A stretch of 64,000 nucleotides of DNA from Gemmatimonadales bacterium (lineage in GTDB: Bacteria > Gemmatimonadota > Gemmatimonadetes > Gemmatimonadales > GWC2-71-9): positions 1-64,000 of the forward strand of contig JBFJCP010000022.1 of the NCBI GenBank assembly GCA_041615815.1. Direction: 5' to 3'. The position numbers and the translations under genes are program-made. Shown here in pieces: positions 9,201 through 19,563 of this stretch. The notes under the pieces were generated by a model, which worked only from the letters and a program-made list of their open reading frames with translations, did not search any database and was not told where the DNA came from. Each line of letters begins with the position of its first letter. The stretch's first letter is position 1.

Positions 9201-10460
9201 TCACCGCTTATACACCACACCCCCCTTCATGACGAAGCTGACTCGCTGCATCGCGGTGATGTCTCGAAGGGGATCTCCCGGAACGGCGATGAGATCCGCA
9301 ACATAACCGGGGACCACTTTGCCGCGATCGTCAGCGCCGAGCAGGGCCGCGGCATTGATGGTGGCTGAGCGAATCGCATCCAACGGCGTCATCCCGCGTT
9401 CCACGAGCGTCGCGAACTCTTTGGCGTTGTCACCGTGGGGGTAGACGGCGGCGTCGGTGCCGAAGCCGATTATCACACCCGCCCGCACAGCGCGTCGCAC
9501 GCTTTCAACGGCCAGCGGGAGGATGGTCTCCGCTTTCATCCGGATCGGCGGCGGGAGCGTCTCGTAGTCGATGGCTCCAACCAGGTACGTCGTCGGTACC
9601 AGATAGGTGCCCCGCTCGAGCATCAGCTGGATCGCCTCGTCGGTGAGCATCGAGCCATGCTCGATCGAGGCCACGCCGGCCCTGACCGCCGCGATGATTC
9701 CCTCGGTACCGTGTGCATGGGCGGCCACGTGCATACCGTGGCGCTTGGCCTCCTCCACGATCGCCCGCATCTCCTCGAGCGTGAACTGCTGCGCGCCCAC
9801 AGGGCCTTCGAACGAAAGCACGCCGGCGGTGGCGCAGATCTTGATGAATTGCGCGCCGTGCTTGATCTGGTAACGCGCCGCGCGAAGCACACCGCTCTCG
9901 CCGTCGGCGATCCCATCGCGATAGTCGGTATCCCGGACCCCTGGTGCCCATCCGGTGATGTCGCAATGGCCGCCCGTGATGCCGAGCGCATTTGCAGCGG
10001 GGACGATCCGGGGACCCTCGAGATCGCCCCGGTCGATCGCGCGCTTCAGCGCCACCCCTGGTAACCCGCTCATGTCGCGGACCGTGGTGAATCCCGCCAT
10101 CAACGTGACGCGCGCATTCTTCGCCGCCCTGAGCGCCGCATCCGCCTCGGTTTCCCGCACCACGCGCGTTACCCATCCTTCACTCAGATCGCCCGCAAAG
10201 TGGGTATGCAGGTCGGTGAGCCCCGGCAGCAGGGTCACGTCGCCAAGATCGATGACTTCGGCTCCCCGCGGCGGTTCCGTCATCACGCGCTGAATACGAC
10301 CGTCCGCGACGATCACGACCGCGTTCATCATCATGCGCCCGGTCTCGACGTCCAAGAGCCGCGCCGCCCGTACGGCGGTCTGGGCAAACGCATTTTCCGC
10401 TCCGCCCGTTAGCCCAAGCAACATCCCTACGAGAATCGAAATGGTCATCGGTCGTCGCAT
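9201..10460 (-). CDS. Exported amidohydrolase family protein (Xaa-Pro dipeptidase-like)
   Basis: Signal peptide ending AFA-Q; LPGLTDLHTH, AGFTTVRD, GGHCD, AAHAHG, SIEHG, FGTDA. Confidence 0.85.
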   Translation of the reverse strand: MRRPMTISILVGMLLGLTGGAENAFAQTAVRAARLLDVETGRMMMNAVVIVADGRIQRVMTEPPRGAEVIDLGDVTLLPGLTDLHTHFAGDLSEGWVTRVVRETEADAALRAAKNARVTLMAGFTTVRDMSGLPGVALKRAIDRGDLEGPRIVPAANALGITGGHCDITGWAPGVRDTDYRDGIADGESGVLRAARYQIKHGAQFIKICATAGVLSFEGPVGAQQFTLEEMRAIVEEAKRHGMHVAAHAHGTEGIIAAVRAGVASIEHGSMLTDEAIQLMLERGTYLVPTTYLVGAIDYETLPPPIRMKAETILPLAVESVRRAVRAGVIIGFGTDAAVYPHGDNAKEFATLVERGMTPLDAIRSATINAAALLGADDRGKVVPGYVADLIAVPGDPLRDITAMQRVSFVMKGGVVYKR

Positions 10461-10495
10461 GGTACACTTCCCAGTATCTGGCTATTTGGCCGGTG

Positions 10496-11263
10496 TCAGA
10501 GCTTGTGTTGGTGCACCCATTCCCAGTGGGCCTTCATCTCCAGTTGGCTCGCTGCCTCCCGGTCCAGGAAGACGCGAACGGACGGATGAAGTTGCAGCGC
10601 GCTGGCGGGGACCATCGACGTCACGGGACCCTCGAGCGCTCGGCCAACGGCCGGTGCCTTTGCCTCGCCGTTCGCCAATAGCATGATGTGACGCGACTCG
10701 AGAATCGTTCCCACCCCCATCGTTATCGCATACACCGGGACGTCTTCGGGTCGCTCGAATAACCTGGCGTTGTCCTGGATCGTCCGTTGCGAGAGCGTCT
10801 TGAGACGGGTCCGCGAGCTCAACGAGCTTCCCGGTTCATTGAAGGCAATGTGCCCGTCCGATCCAATCCCGAGAATCTGGATATCGATGCCGCCGCGCTC
10901 GCGAATGCGTTCTTCGTACCAGGAACAGCATGCTGCGTAGTTGCCGGTCGTTCCCGATGGAAGGTAGATATTGCCGCTGGGGATGTTGACGTGTTGGAAG
11001 AAATGCTTCTGCATGAAGTGGTGGAAGGAATGCGGGTCATCGCTTTGGAGACCCACATACTCGTCCAGATTGAACGTCGTCACCTGCGAGAAGTCGAGCC
11101 CTTCCGCGCGATGGAGGCGCACCAGCTCCGCATACAGCCCGAGTGGAGTCGAGCCGCTCGCCAGGCCGAGCACGGCGTTTGGCTTGGTGCTGATCAAATC
11201 CACGATCATGCGAGCGGCGCGGCTGCTCATCTCTTCGTAGCTATCGGCGATCAGGACTTCCAT
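10496..11263 (-). CDS. nagB: Glucosamine-6-phosphate deaminase
   Basis: LGLASGSTP, TFNLDEYVG, GIGSDGHIAFNEPG, ITMGVGTI, PASALQLHP. ATG at 11263 preferred over the ORF-track start. Confidence 0.92.
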   Translation of the reverse strand: MEVLIADSYEEMSSRAARMIVDLISTKPNAVLGLASGSTPLGLYAELVRLHRAEGLDFSQVTTFNLDEYVGLQSDDPHSFHHFMQKHFFQHVNIPSGNIYLPSGTTGNYAACCSWYEERIRERGGIDIQILGIGSDGHIAFNEPGSSLSSRTRLKTLSQRTIQDNARLFERPEDVPVYAITMGVGTILESRHIMLLANGEAKAPAVGRALEGPVTSMVPASALQLHPSVRVFLDREAASQLEMKAHWEWVHQHKL

Positions 11264-11268
11264 GGTGA

Positions 11269-12558
11269 CTACGGCGTGAGTCCCGCCAACCCCGCCTCTG
11301 CGACGAGGAGCAACAACGCCTTCTGGATAGCGAGGTGTCCGTCCCGGTTGAGCCACCACTCGTGCAGCGCGTGGCCACCTTCGCCATCACCGCCCCGGCC
11401 GATGGTGACTGCGGGGATGCCCAACGAAATGGGAATGTTGGAGTTGGTGGACCCGATGGAGAGCCGCGGCTCGCCCCCCACGAGCTTCGTGGCCGCAACG
11501 GCTCGCTGAACGAGTGGTGTGGCAGGATCGATCTCGCCGGACGGTCGATTGCCAATCATCTCGACGTCCACCTCGAGCGGATCCCCCTCGCGGCGCATCC
11601 GATTGGACGTTTCCAACGCTTCCTGCACCGCGTTCTGAAAGACCGCGTCTACTCCCCGGAGCCGTTCTGGGCTCTCGGAGCGCATATCTACTTCCATCCA
11701 TACGGCAAACGGGATGGAGTTGACCGAAGTTCCACCACCGATACGCCCCACGTTGTACGAGGTCCGCGGACCGGTGGCCACGTATTCAAGGGCGCGCTCG
11801 TCGAACAGCTTGATGGCGAGGCCCATCGCGTGTGCGGGATTTCCCAGCCCGAACGCTCCCCACGAGTGACCACCCGGTCCCTTGAACGTGACGCGGTAGC
11901 GATGCGAGCCGAGGCCGCGGTGCAGCACACGGTCGAGCCCACCCCCGTCCACGGAGATCCACGAATCGATGCGTGGGGCGCCTTGTCTGAACAGGTGTTT
12001 CATGCCGCGCAGATCGCCCAGCCCCTCTTCCCCCACCGTTCCGATGAACAGGAGATTGGACTCCGTCTCGACGTTCGCGGCCTCCAACGCGCGTAATACG
12101 GTGAGCACCACGACCAGTCCACGTGTGTCGTCACCAATTCCAGGCGCGAACAGCGTATCGCCGCTCATGCGCACGGTGACGTCGGTCCCTTCCGGAAACA
12201 CCGTGTCGAGATGGCCGTCCAGCGCCACAGTGCGCGCACCGGTGGTGCCGCGGCGCATCGCGACGACGTTTCCGACTTCGTCGATGTACACCGAATCGGC
12301 GCCGGCCTCCCGCAGCAGCTCCGCATACCGTTCGGCACGGGCCGACTCGGCAAACGGTGGCGCCGGGATCTGGGTGAGCATGATGTGGTTGCTGCGCGTG
12401 GCGGGCTCGAGCTCCACAATGGCCTCGAACGCCGCGCGGATGGAAGGATGGGCCGCGAGGCGGGCCACCTCCCCAGCAGCATCTGTCTGTTGGGCGAACG
12501 CGCTGCCCGCGGGTACCAGCGCAGTGAGAACCGCCCTTCTAATACACCGTGCAAACAT
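11269..12558 (-). CDS. Exported M20/M25/M40 family metallohydrolase
   Basis: Signal peptide (AFA-Q); DGHLDTVF, APGIGDD, VGEEGLGDLRG, GGHSWG, HALHEW. AGAGGAG RBS before ATG 12558. Confidence 0.85.
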   Translation of the reverse strand: MFARCIRRAVLTALVPAGSAFAQQTDAAGEVARLAAHPSIRAAFEAIVELEPATRSNHIMLTQIPAPPFAESARAERYAELLREAGADSVYIDEVGNVVAMRRGTTGARTVALDGHLDTVFPEGTDVTVRMSGDTLFAPGIGDDTRGLVVVLTVLRALEAANVETESNLLFIGTVGEEGLGDLRGMKHLFRQGAPRIDSWISVDGGGLDRVLHRGLGSHRYRVTFKGPGGHSWGAFGLGNPAHAMGLAIKLFDERALEYVATGPRTSYNVGRIGGGTSVNSIPFAVWMEVDMRSESPERLRGVDAVFQNAVQEALETSNRMRREGDPLEVDVEMIGNRPSGEIDPATPLVQRAVAATKLVGGEPRLSIGSTNSNIPISLGIPAVTIGRGGDGEGGHALHEWWLNRDGHLAIQKALLLLVAEAGLAGLTP

Positions 12559-12588
12559 CGAATCTCCTCTCGGATTGTCGTCGCGCAC

Positions 12589-13425
12589 TTACGAAGTCAT
12601 ACGGCGATAGACGCGCACGTAATCCACATAGAGTCGCTGTGGCGACAGCTCCTCCGGCGGCAGGTGCGGCTTATCGAACCAGCCGCCCACCGCAAGGTTG
12701 AGAATGATGAAGAACGAGTGGCCCTCGTCGAATGGCCAGAACGCCGCGTCTTCGCCAGGGGTCTTGGTCACTGTCTGATACGACACGTCGTCCACGTACC
12801 ATTGGATGCGTTCGGCTGTCCACTCGACGGCGAACACGTGCCATTCGTCGTGGAAGCTGCCGGATGGCAGCCGGTACTCGGCAGCCGTGATCCGGTTTCC
12901 TGCCCAGTCGGGGCCGCGGTGGATGGCCGCGGACGTCCAGTCGGGCAGCCGCCCCTTGCCCTCCATGACATCGATCTCGCCGCATCGCGGCCAGCCCACT
13001 TCGTCGATGTTGCCGCCGAGGAGCCAAAAGGCGGGCCACATGCCCACCTCCCCCGGCTGCCGGATGCGTGCCTCGAACCGGCCGTACAGAAACTCACGCT
13101 TGCCCTTCGTGATGAGGCGCGCCGAGGTGTAGCGTCGGTGCTCGAAGTCCTCGCGGCGCGCTTCGATGACCAGTGCACCGTCCTCGAGCCAGGCGTTGGC
13201 GCCGGGCTCAGCGTCCACCCGATTTGTGTAGTACTGGAGCTCCTCGTTGAAGGGATCCGGCATGACTTCCGGCGTCCAGCTCGCTTGGTCGATTGACGTG
13301 CCGTCGAACTCGTCGGTCCAGACGAGCTCCCAGCCGGCCAAGGCCGCCCCGGCCTGCTTGTCGCCCGAAACGCAACCGAGCATCAGGAGAACCACCGGCA
13401 CGAGCTCGACGCGTCGACGAGTCAT
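12589..13425 (-). CDS. GH16 glycoside hydrolase (laminarinase-like), lipoprotein
   Basis: WELVWTDEFDG, YTSARL, WPAFWLLG, catalytic EIDVME, ILNLAVGG, VDYVRVY; lipobox LMLG-C. Confidence 0.92.
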   Translation of the reverse strand: MTRRRVELVPVVLLMLGCVSGDKQAGAALAGWELVWTDEFDGTSIDQASWTPEVMPDPFNEELQYYTNRVDAEPGANAWLEDGALVIEARREDFEHRRYTSARLITKGKREFLYGRFEARIRQPGEVGMWPAFWLLGGNIDEVGWPRCGEIDVMEGKGRLPDWTSAAIHRGPDWAGNRITAAEYRLPSGSFHDEWHVFAVEWTAERIQWYVDDVSYQTVTKTPGEDAAFWPFDEGHSFFIILNLAVGGWFDKPHLPPEELSPQRLYVDYVRVYRRMTS

Positions 13426-13605
13426 CGGGTGACCTTTCCCTCGGGCTACACGAATCCGGGTGCACACAGCACTCGCCCCTGGGTTGCCGTGCTTCGGGAT
13501 TCGCGATCCCGCGTGCTAGAATTCCAGTGCGAGCCTCTGCTCCCTGTACGGGCGTGGAGGGTCTGGTGGTGCGCGGTCGCACGTCGAATCGGTCTCACGG
13601 GCACC

Positions 13606-15054
13606 TCAGCGAGTGGGCGCCTTGCGATAGTCGAGAGGCGGCGACCGATCGCCCACGAGGGGCGTGTACGTGAAGTTGGCCCCCACCCGTCTGTCACGCT
13701 CGGCCTTGGCCGTCCGCACGATGCTGGGATCTCGGAACAGGTCGATGGCAGTGAGTGCCAGCGTTTTGGCTGCCACGACCATTCCTTTATTACCGATCGT
13801 GGTGCCGCCGGCAGCGATCGCCTGCCAGGAATGCGCTGAGGTTCCGGGAACCCAGGTTGCGGCGCTCAGTCCTGCGGTCGGTGTCATCCAGCTCACATCG
13901 CCCACGTCCGTCGAACCACCTTCGGCTTCATTGGAGACATAGAACTCCGCGATCTCCCCCGCGGTCGCAAGCGACGGAACGTCGTCCCGATTCAAGGATG
14001 TCTGGATCGCTTCGGCGAAGACTCGCTCCTCGGCCGAATAGTCGACGCCGCCCACGCGCCTCAGATTCTCGTACATCACGCGGGCGAGCGTCTCGTTGGG
14101 GAGCAACGCGTAGATGCCGTGAATGACCTCGAACTCTACGCGCGTTTCGGTTCCCTGTGCCGCGCCTTCCGCCGCTTTGACCACGCGATCGAACAGCGAC
14201 ATGACGACCTGCGGATCCGGGTTTCGCACGTAGTAATACACCTCGGCGAAATCCGGAATGACGTTGGGGGCCGCGCCGCCCGACGTGATCACGTAGTGGA
14301 TACGAGTCCTATCCGGTACGTGCTCGCGCAGCATGTTGACCATGTGGTTCATGGCCTCCACGCCATCCAGGGCCGACCGGCCGCGGTGCGGGGCCGCAGC
14401 GGCGTGGGCGGACACTCCGTAGAACCGGAACTTGGCGGACTTGTTGGCCAACGAGCTGGATGCCGACGCGCTGTTCTCGTCTCCGGCGTGCCAGTGGAGG
14501 ACGGCATCGACGTTGTCGAACAGGCCTGCGCGCACCATATAGACCTTCCCCGCGCCACCCTCTTCGGCGGGCGTCCCGTACAGGCGGATCGTGCCCCGCG
14601 TCTTCGACTGCTCGAGCCATTCCTTGACGGCGATTGCGGCGGCCGTGGAGCCGGTGCCGAACAGGTGGTGGCCGCACGCGTGCCCGGCGTTCTTCTCTGT
14701 CAGGAGCTTTCGTATGGGAACGCGGTCCTGTGAGATACCCGGCAGTGCGTCGAACTCGGCCAGAATACCGATGATCGGCTGTCCCGAGCCGTAGCTCGCG
14801 ATGAACGCCGTGGGCATCCCCGCCACTCCAACATCGATCGTGAAGCCCGCATCACGGAGCGTCTGTTGGAGCAGCGCGGAGCTCTGTGTTTCCTGGTAGC
14901 CGACCTCGGCGAAGTCCCATATCTGCTGCGCAATGGTGGCGTATTGGGCGGCGCGGGCATCGATGCTTCGAACGACCGACTCGGGTGACTGGGCCGACGT
15001 GTTCGTGCAGAGGGTGATACTGCACGCGACGGCGATCAGCGTCTCATGTCGCAT
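13606..15054 (-). CDS. Exported M20 amidohydrolase (AbgB-like)
   Basis: LAEFDALPG, GHACGHHLFG, GTPAEEGG, GRSALDGVE, GSTDVGDVSW, AHSWQ; signal peptide; GGAGG RBS before ATG 15054. Confidence 0.87.
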   Translation of the reverse strand: MRHETLIAVACSITLCTNTSAQSPESVVRSIDARAAQYATIAQQIWDFAEVGYQETQSSALLQQTLRDAGFTIDVGVAGMPTAFIASYGSGQPIIGILAEFDALPGISQDRVPIRKLLTEKNAGHACGHHLFGTGSTAAAIAVKEWLEQSKTRGTIRLYGTPAEEGGAGKVYMVRAGLFDNVDAVLHWHAGDENSASASSSLANKSAKFRFYGVSAHAAAAPHRGRSALDGVEAMNHMVNMLREHVPDRTRIHYVITSGGAAPNVIPDFAEVYYYVRNPDPQVVMSLFDRVVKAAEGAAQGTETRVEFEVIHGIYALLPNETLARVMYENLRRVGGVDYSAEERVFAEAIQTSLNRDDVPSLATAGEIAEFYVSNEAEGGSTDVGDVSWMTPTAGLSAATWVPGTSAHSWQAIAAGGTTIGNKGMVVAAKTLALTAIDLFRDPSIVRTAKAERDRRVGANFTYTPLVGDRSPPLDYRKAPTR

Positions 15055-15390
15055 GGCGTCCTCCGGCGTCGCTTCGGGGAACTCTCGGATTCGAGGGAAG
15101 AAAAGTAACGGCGGTGGCGAGGATGAGAAACGGCGTCCGATGCACTCCCGTGATTTCGGGCATATCCGTCGTACTCGGGCGACTCCGATTTCTCGGGCGC
15201 CCGCACTCCGGCGCCGCTCCCTTCCCACCGGGCCCGTTCCAGCACGATCCACCCATTCTTTCGGTCGCCGCTGGACCAGGACCTCCGTAGAGTTGGCGTA
15301 GACCCATCAGTCGTATTCCCGGTGCGGGGCTGAAATCTCTCGGGCGCCGTATATTCCCGGTCGAACGAACCCTCAACCGGGAGCCCCCGT

Positions 15391-15945
15391 ATGGGTCTGG
15401 CGGCCGCCGTCATTGTCCTTGTGATTGGTGCCTGGGTCATCATCACATTCAATCGTCTCACGCGGCTTCGGCACATGAGTGGCAACGCCTGGTCCGACAT
15501 CGACGTCCAGCTCAAGCGGCGTCACGACCTGGTTCCCTCGGTGGTCGCGGTCGTGAAGGGGCACGCGGGCTACGAGCGCGAGACACTCGAAGCCTTGACG
15601 GCCGCCCGCACCCGAGCGCTCCAAGCCACGGGTCCCGCGGCGCGCTACCGCGCCGAAGATCCGCTCGGCGGGGCGTTGGGCCGCATCTTCGCGGTTGCCG
15701 AGGCGTACCCCGAGCTCAAAGCAGTCGCGAGCTTCGCTGAGCTGCAGCGGACCCTGATCGACGTGGAGGATCACCTGCAGAACGCGCGTCGATACTACAA
15801 TGCCGTCGTGCGGGACTTCAATATCGCCATCGCGGAGTTCCCCACCATCCTGGTGGCCCGTCCTCTGGGGTTCAGACCGTGGGAATTCTTCGGCCTGGAC
15901 GACGACAGCGAGCGGGCGGTGCCCCGCGTGGAGATGGACGCGTGA
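15391..15945 (+). CDS. lemA: LemA family protein
   Basis: N-terminal TM; NAWSDIDVQLKRRHDLVP, AEAYPELKA, ARRYYNAVVRDFN. Confidence 0.93.
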   Translation: MGLAAAVIVLVIGAWVIITFNRLTRLRHMSGNAWSDIDVQLKRRHDLVPSVVAVVKGHAGYERETLEALTAARTRALQATGPAARYRAEDPLGGALGRIFAVAEAYPELKAVASFAELQRTLIDVEDHLQNARRYYNAVVRDFNIAIAEFPTILVARPLGFRPWEFFGLDDDSERAVPRVEMDA

Positions 15946-17660
15946 GGCGCGCCTTCGTCCTAGCATGGCTCGCGGTGTGGCTGGGAGTCGCTCCCGCCGC
16001 TGCGCAACGTTCGCTCGCGATCAAGCGTTTCGATGCCACCATCCAGGTGGAGCCCGACAGCCGCATCCTGGTGACCGAGGCGATCGTCGCGGAGTTCACA
16101 GGGTCGTGGAACGGCATCTATCGCAGCATTCCCGTGAAGTATCGCACCGCACAGGGGTTCAATTGGACGCTGGGGCTCGACGTCCTGGGCGCGACGGACG
16201 GCGAGGGTCGCCCGCTCAAGGTGGAGGCGAGCCGCGAGCGGCACTACGTCAAGCTCAGGATCTGGGTGCCCGGCGCCGAGAATGCCACGCATACCGTCGT
16301 GCTCCGTTACCGGGCGACGAACGCACTACGGTTCTTCGACGAGCACGACGAGCTCTACTGGAACGTGACGGGCGATGAATGGGACGTTCCCATCGAAGCC
16401 GCCACCGCGCAGATCGAGCTGCCGTCCGGCGCCCAAGGCCTTCGCGCCATCGCGTTCAACGGTGTCTACGGGTCACGGGCCCAGGACGCCGCCGTCGAGG
16501 CCACCGGCACGACGGTCCGCATCACGATGCCCCATGCTTTGGGCTTTCACGAGGGGCTGACGGCCGTGGTGGGATGGAACAAGGGCGTGGTCGCGCAACC
16601 GACCGCCGCTGCACGGGCGGCGGGGGTGCTCACCAGCAATTGGCCGCTCGCGTTCCCGTTCGTGGTGTTCTTCGCGATGCTCTTCATCTGGAAGCGCCGC
16701 GGCAGGGATCCGCGACCCCGCCCGGTCGCGGTACAATACGAGCCGCCCGAGGGCCTGACGCCCGCCGAAGCGGGCGCACTGCTCGACACCTCCGTGGACA
16801 TGCGGGACATCACCGCCACCCTCGTGGACCTCGCGGTGCGCGGGCACCTGCGTTTCGAGGAGCGGGAGGACCGAAAGTTCTTTGGTCTCATCGGCGGGCG
16901 GGAATACGTGATGCACCGCCTCCAACCACGCCGGAGCGAAGACGGTCTCACGAACCACGAACGGCTCGTCCTGGACGGGATCTTCAAGGGTCGGGGGACG
17001 TCGGTGGAACTGTCCGAGCTCGAGGACGAGTTCTACTCCCAGCTCCCCGGTATCAAGACGAGCATCTACAACCGGCTACTCGAGCGGGGATTGTATCGCG
17101 CTCGCCCGGACCGCGTGCGGACGCACTGGGCGATCGCGGCACTGGTGCTCGGTGCTCTCATCGGCATTGGGGGCACTGTCCTGGCCAGCCGCTTCCTCCT
17201 GACGCCGGTGCCCTTCTTGGTGGCTGGGGTGGTGGTGGCGGTTATCGTGCTCGTCTTCAGCCGCATCATGCCCGCCCGCACCGAGGCGGGCGCGCGGGCG
17301 CTAGAGCACGTGCTCGGGTTCGAGGAGTTCCAGCGACGCGTAGATTCGGAGCAGTTCAAGCGCGTGATCGTGGGACATCCCGAATTGTTCGACAAGTATC
17401 TGCCGTTCGCGATGGCCTTCGGTCTGGAGAAGAAATGGGCGAGGGCGTTCGAGGGGATTTACACCGAGCCACCCCGGTGGTACTCCGGTTCGAGTGTCTC
17501 GGACTTCAATGTGAACAACCTGTCCAACAGCCTTTCCAGCTTCTCGAGCCGGGCCGGCTCGACGCTGAGTTCATCGCCTCGAAGCTCCAGCGGATCCGGG
17601 TTTGGTGGAGGGGGATCATCGGGTGGTGGCGGTGGCGGTGGGGGCGGTGGGGGGTTTTGA
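15942..17660 (+). CDS. DUF2207 domain membrane protein
   Basis: DELYWNVTGDEW, ATLVDLAVRG, KYLPFAMAFG, Ser/Gly-rich C-terminus. GTG start overlaps the lemA stop. Confidence 0.88.
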   Translation: MRRAFVLAWLAVWLGVAPAAAQRSLAIKRFDATIQVEPDSRILVTEAIVAEFTGSWNGIYRSIPVKYRTAQGFNWTLGLDVLGATDGEGRPLKVEASRERHYVKLRIWVPGAENATHTVVLRYRATNALRFFDEHDELYWNVTGDEWDVPIEAATAQIELPSGAQGLRAIAFNGVYGSRAQDAAVEATGTTVRITMPHALGFHEGLTAVVGWNKGVVAQPTAAARAAGVLTSNWPLAFPFVVFFAMLFIWKRRGRDPRPRPVAVQYEPPEGLTPAEAGALLDTSVDMRDITATLVDLAVRGHLRFEEREDRKFFGLIGGREYVMHRLQPRRSEDGLTNHERLVLDGIFKGRGTSVELSELEDEFYSQLPGIKTSIYNRLLERGLYRARPDRVRTHWAIAALVLGALIGIGGTVLASRFLLTPVPFLVAGVVVAVIVLVFSRIMPARTEAGARALEHVLGFEEFQRRVDSEQFKRVIVGHPELFDKYLPFAMAFGLEKKWARAFEGIYTEPPRWYSGSSVSDFNVNNLSNSLSSFSSRAGSTLSSSPRSSSGSGFGGGGSSGGGGGGGGGGGF

Positions 17661-17822
17661 CGTCGGGCGGTCGCGACAGCCTCAGTTGACCGCAGGCCTG
17701 GAGAAGATCCTCTCGGTTCTTTCGCGAGTGTCGCTGGGACGCGCACCAGCATTCTCGTGAGGCTATTGTCTTGTGCATTGGGCCGTTCTCGGTGCACGTT
17801 CAGTGGCTTGTCGAGAGGACCA

Positions 17823-19538
17823 ATGCGGCTCACGAGATCCCAGACGCGACGCATGCGCCAACAGCGGACCTACGATGTGTGCATCGTCGGGTCCGGCGCG
17901 GGCGGCGGCATGGCGGCCAAAATTCTGACAGATGCTGGTGCGGATGTCGCCGTGCTCGAGGCGGGTCCCATGTGGGACAACACGACCGACTCGGCGATGT
18001 TCAAATGGCCTCATGACTCCCCGTACCGGGGCGCGGCCATCCCCGAGCGGCAGTTTGGCGAGTTCGACGCCGGGTTAGGAGGCTGGTCGCTGCCCGGTGA
18101 GCCGTACACCAGGGCACCAGGGACGCGCTTCGACTGGTTTCGCGTGCGGATGCTGGGCGGGCGCACGAATCACTGGGGGCGGATCTCGCTGCGCTTCGGC
18201 CCCAACGACTTCCGGCGCCGGAGCCTGGACGGGCTGGGTGACGATTGGCCCATCACGTACGAGGATCTCGAGCCGTACTACGACCGCGTGGATCGTTTGA
18301 TCGGTATCTTCGGCAGCGCCGAGAACCTGCCGAACGAACCCGACGGCCAGTTTCTCCCGCCACCCCGTCCGCGCTGCTGGGAGCTATTCGTCAAGCGTGC
18401 GGCGGACCGGTTGCGCGTCACCTGTATCCCGTCGCGCCTCTCGATCCTCACGCGCCCCCACCATGGCCGCGCGGCTTGCCACTACTGCGGCCAGTGCAAT
18501 CGCGGGTGCGCCACCAACGCCAACTTCTCATCTACCAACGTGCTCGTGCTGCCGGCATTGGCGAGCGGCCGGCTCACGTTGGTCACCCATGCGATGGCGC
18601 GCGAGGTCACCGTGAACCAAAACGGACTCGCCGATGGTGTCCTCTACATCGACACGCGGACGGGCGCCGAGCATCGCGCGCGCGCGCGTGTCATCGTCCT
18701 CGCAGCGAGTGCATGTGAGTCAGCGCGGCTACTCTTGAACTCGCGCTCCTCGCGGTTCCCCGATGGGCTTGGCAACTCGAGCGGCGTGGTCGGCAGGTAT
18801 CTGACGGATACGACCGGCACCGACGTGGCGGGCTTTGTCCCAGCGCTCATGGACGGCCTGCCACACAACGAGGACGGGACGGGCGGCGCGCATCTCTATA
18901 TGCCGTGGTGGCTCGACAACCGCGTGCTCGATTTCCCCCGGGGGTACCACATTGAGATCTGGGGTGGGCGCGGCATGCCCGGGGCTGGGTTCATGGGGAA
19001 CATCCACCGCTACCCGGTGGGAGGCGGCTATGGCCCGGAGCTCAAAGCCACGTATCGGCGCTATTACGGCGCGGTCGTCGGCTTCTCGGGCCGCGGCGAG
19101 ATGATCCCGAACGAGCAAACCTACTGCGAGCTCGATCCCGATACGGTGGACCAGTGGGGCATTCCCGTGCTGCGGTTCCATTTCCAGTGGACACCGCATG
19201 AGCTGCTGCAAGTCAAGCATATGCAGGAGACATTCCGTGCGCTGATCGCGGAGATGGGCGGACAGGCACTCACACCCATGCCCACCGCGGAGGATGGATA
19301 CGGCATTCTTCCCGGTGGTCGGATCATCCACGAGCTCGGCACCACACGAATGGGGACGAGTCCTGCAACCTCAGTGCTGAATCAGCATTGCCAAGCCCAC
19401 GAGGTGAAAAATCTGTTCGTTGCGGACGGGGGACCGTTCACGTCGCAGGCCGACAAGAACCCCACCTGGACCATCCTGGCGCTTGCATGGCGGACCGCGG
19501 ACTACATTGTCGCCGCCCGCAGGAGAGGAGACTTGTAG
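17823..19538 (+). CDS. GMC family FAD oxidoreductase, large subunit (glycoside 3-dehydrogenase-like)
   Basis: YDVCIVGSGAGGG, LGGRTNHWGR, CHYCGQCNRGC, IHELGTTRMG, NPTWTILALA. Start 17823 (GAGAGG RBS) or 17853. Confidence 0.9.
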   Translation: MRLTRSQTRRMRQQRTYDVCIVGSGAGGGMAAKILTDAGADVAVLEAGPMWDNTTDSAMFKWPHDSPYRGAAIPERQFGEFDAGLGGWSLPGEPYTRAPGTRFDWFRVRMLGGRTNHWGRISLRFGPNDFRRRSLDGLGDDWPITYEDLEPYYDRVDRLIGIFGSAENLPNEPDGQFLPPPRPRCWELFVKRAADRLRVTCIPSRLSILTRPHHGRAACHYCGQCNRGCATNANFSSTNVLVLPALASGRLTLVTHAMAREVTVNQNGLADGVLYIDTRTGAEHRARARVIVLAASACESARLLLNSRSSRFPDGLGNSSGVVGRYLTDTTGTDVAGFVPALMDGLPHNEDGTGGAHLYMPWWLDNRVLDFPRGYHIEIWGGRGMPGAGFMGNIHRYPVGGGYGPELKATYRRYYGAVVGFSGRGEMIPNEQTYCELDPDTVDQWGIPVLRFHFQWTPHELLQVKHMQETFRALIAEMGGQALTPMPTAEDGYGILPGGRIIHELGTTRMGTSPATSVLNQHCQAHEVKNLFVADGGPFTSQADKNPTWTILALAWRTADYIVAARRRGDL

Positions 19539-19563
19539 TGGGGACGAATCGAAAAGTGCACCC

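Noticed and set aside
17560..17660. GGN-rich low-complexity tract as a DNA repeat element
   Set aside because: It encodes the usual Ser/Gly tail of DUF2207 proteins.
15391..17660. LemA-DUF2207 pair as a novel system
   Set aside because: This is a common, widely distributed gene pair with nothing unusual here.
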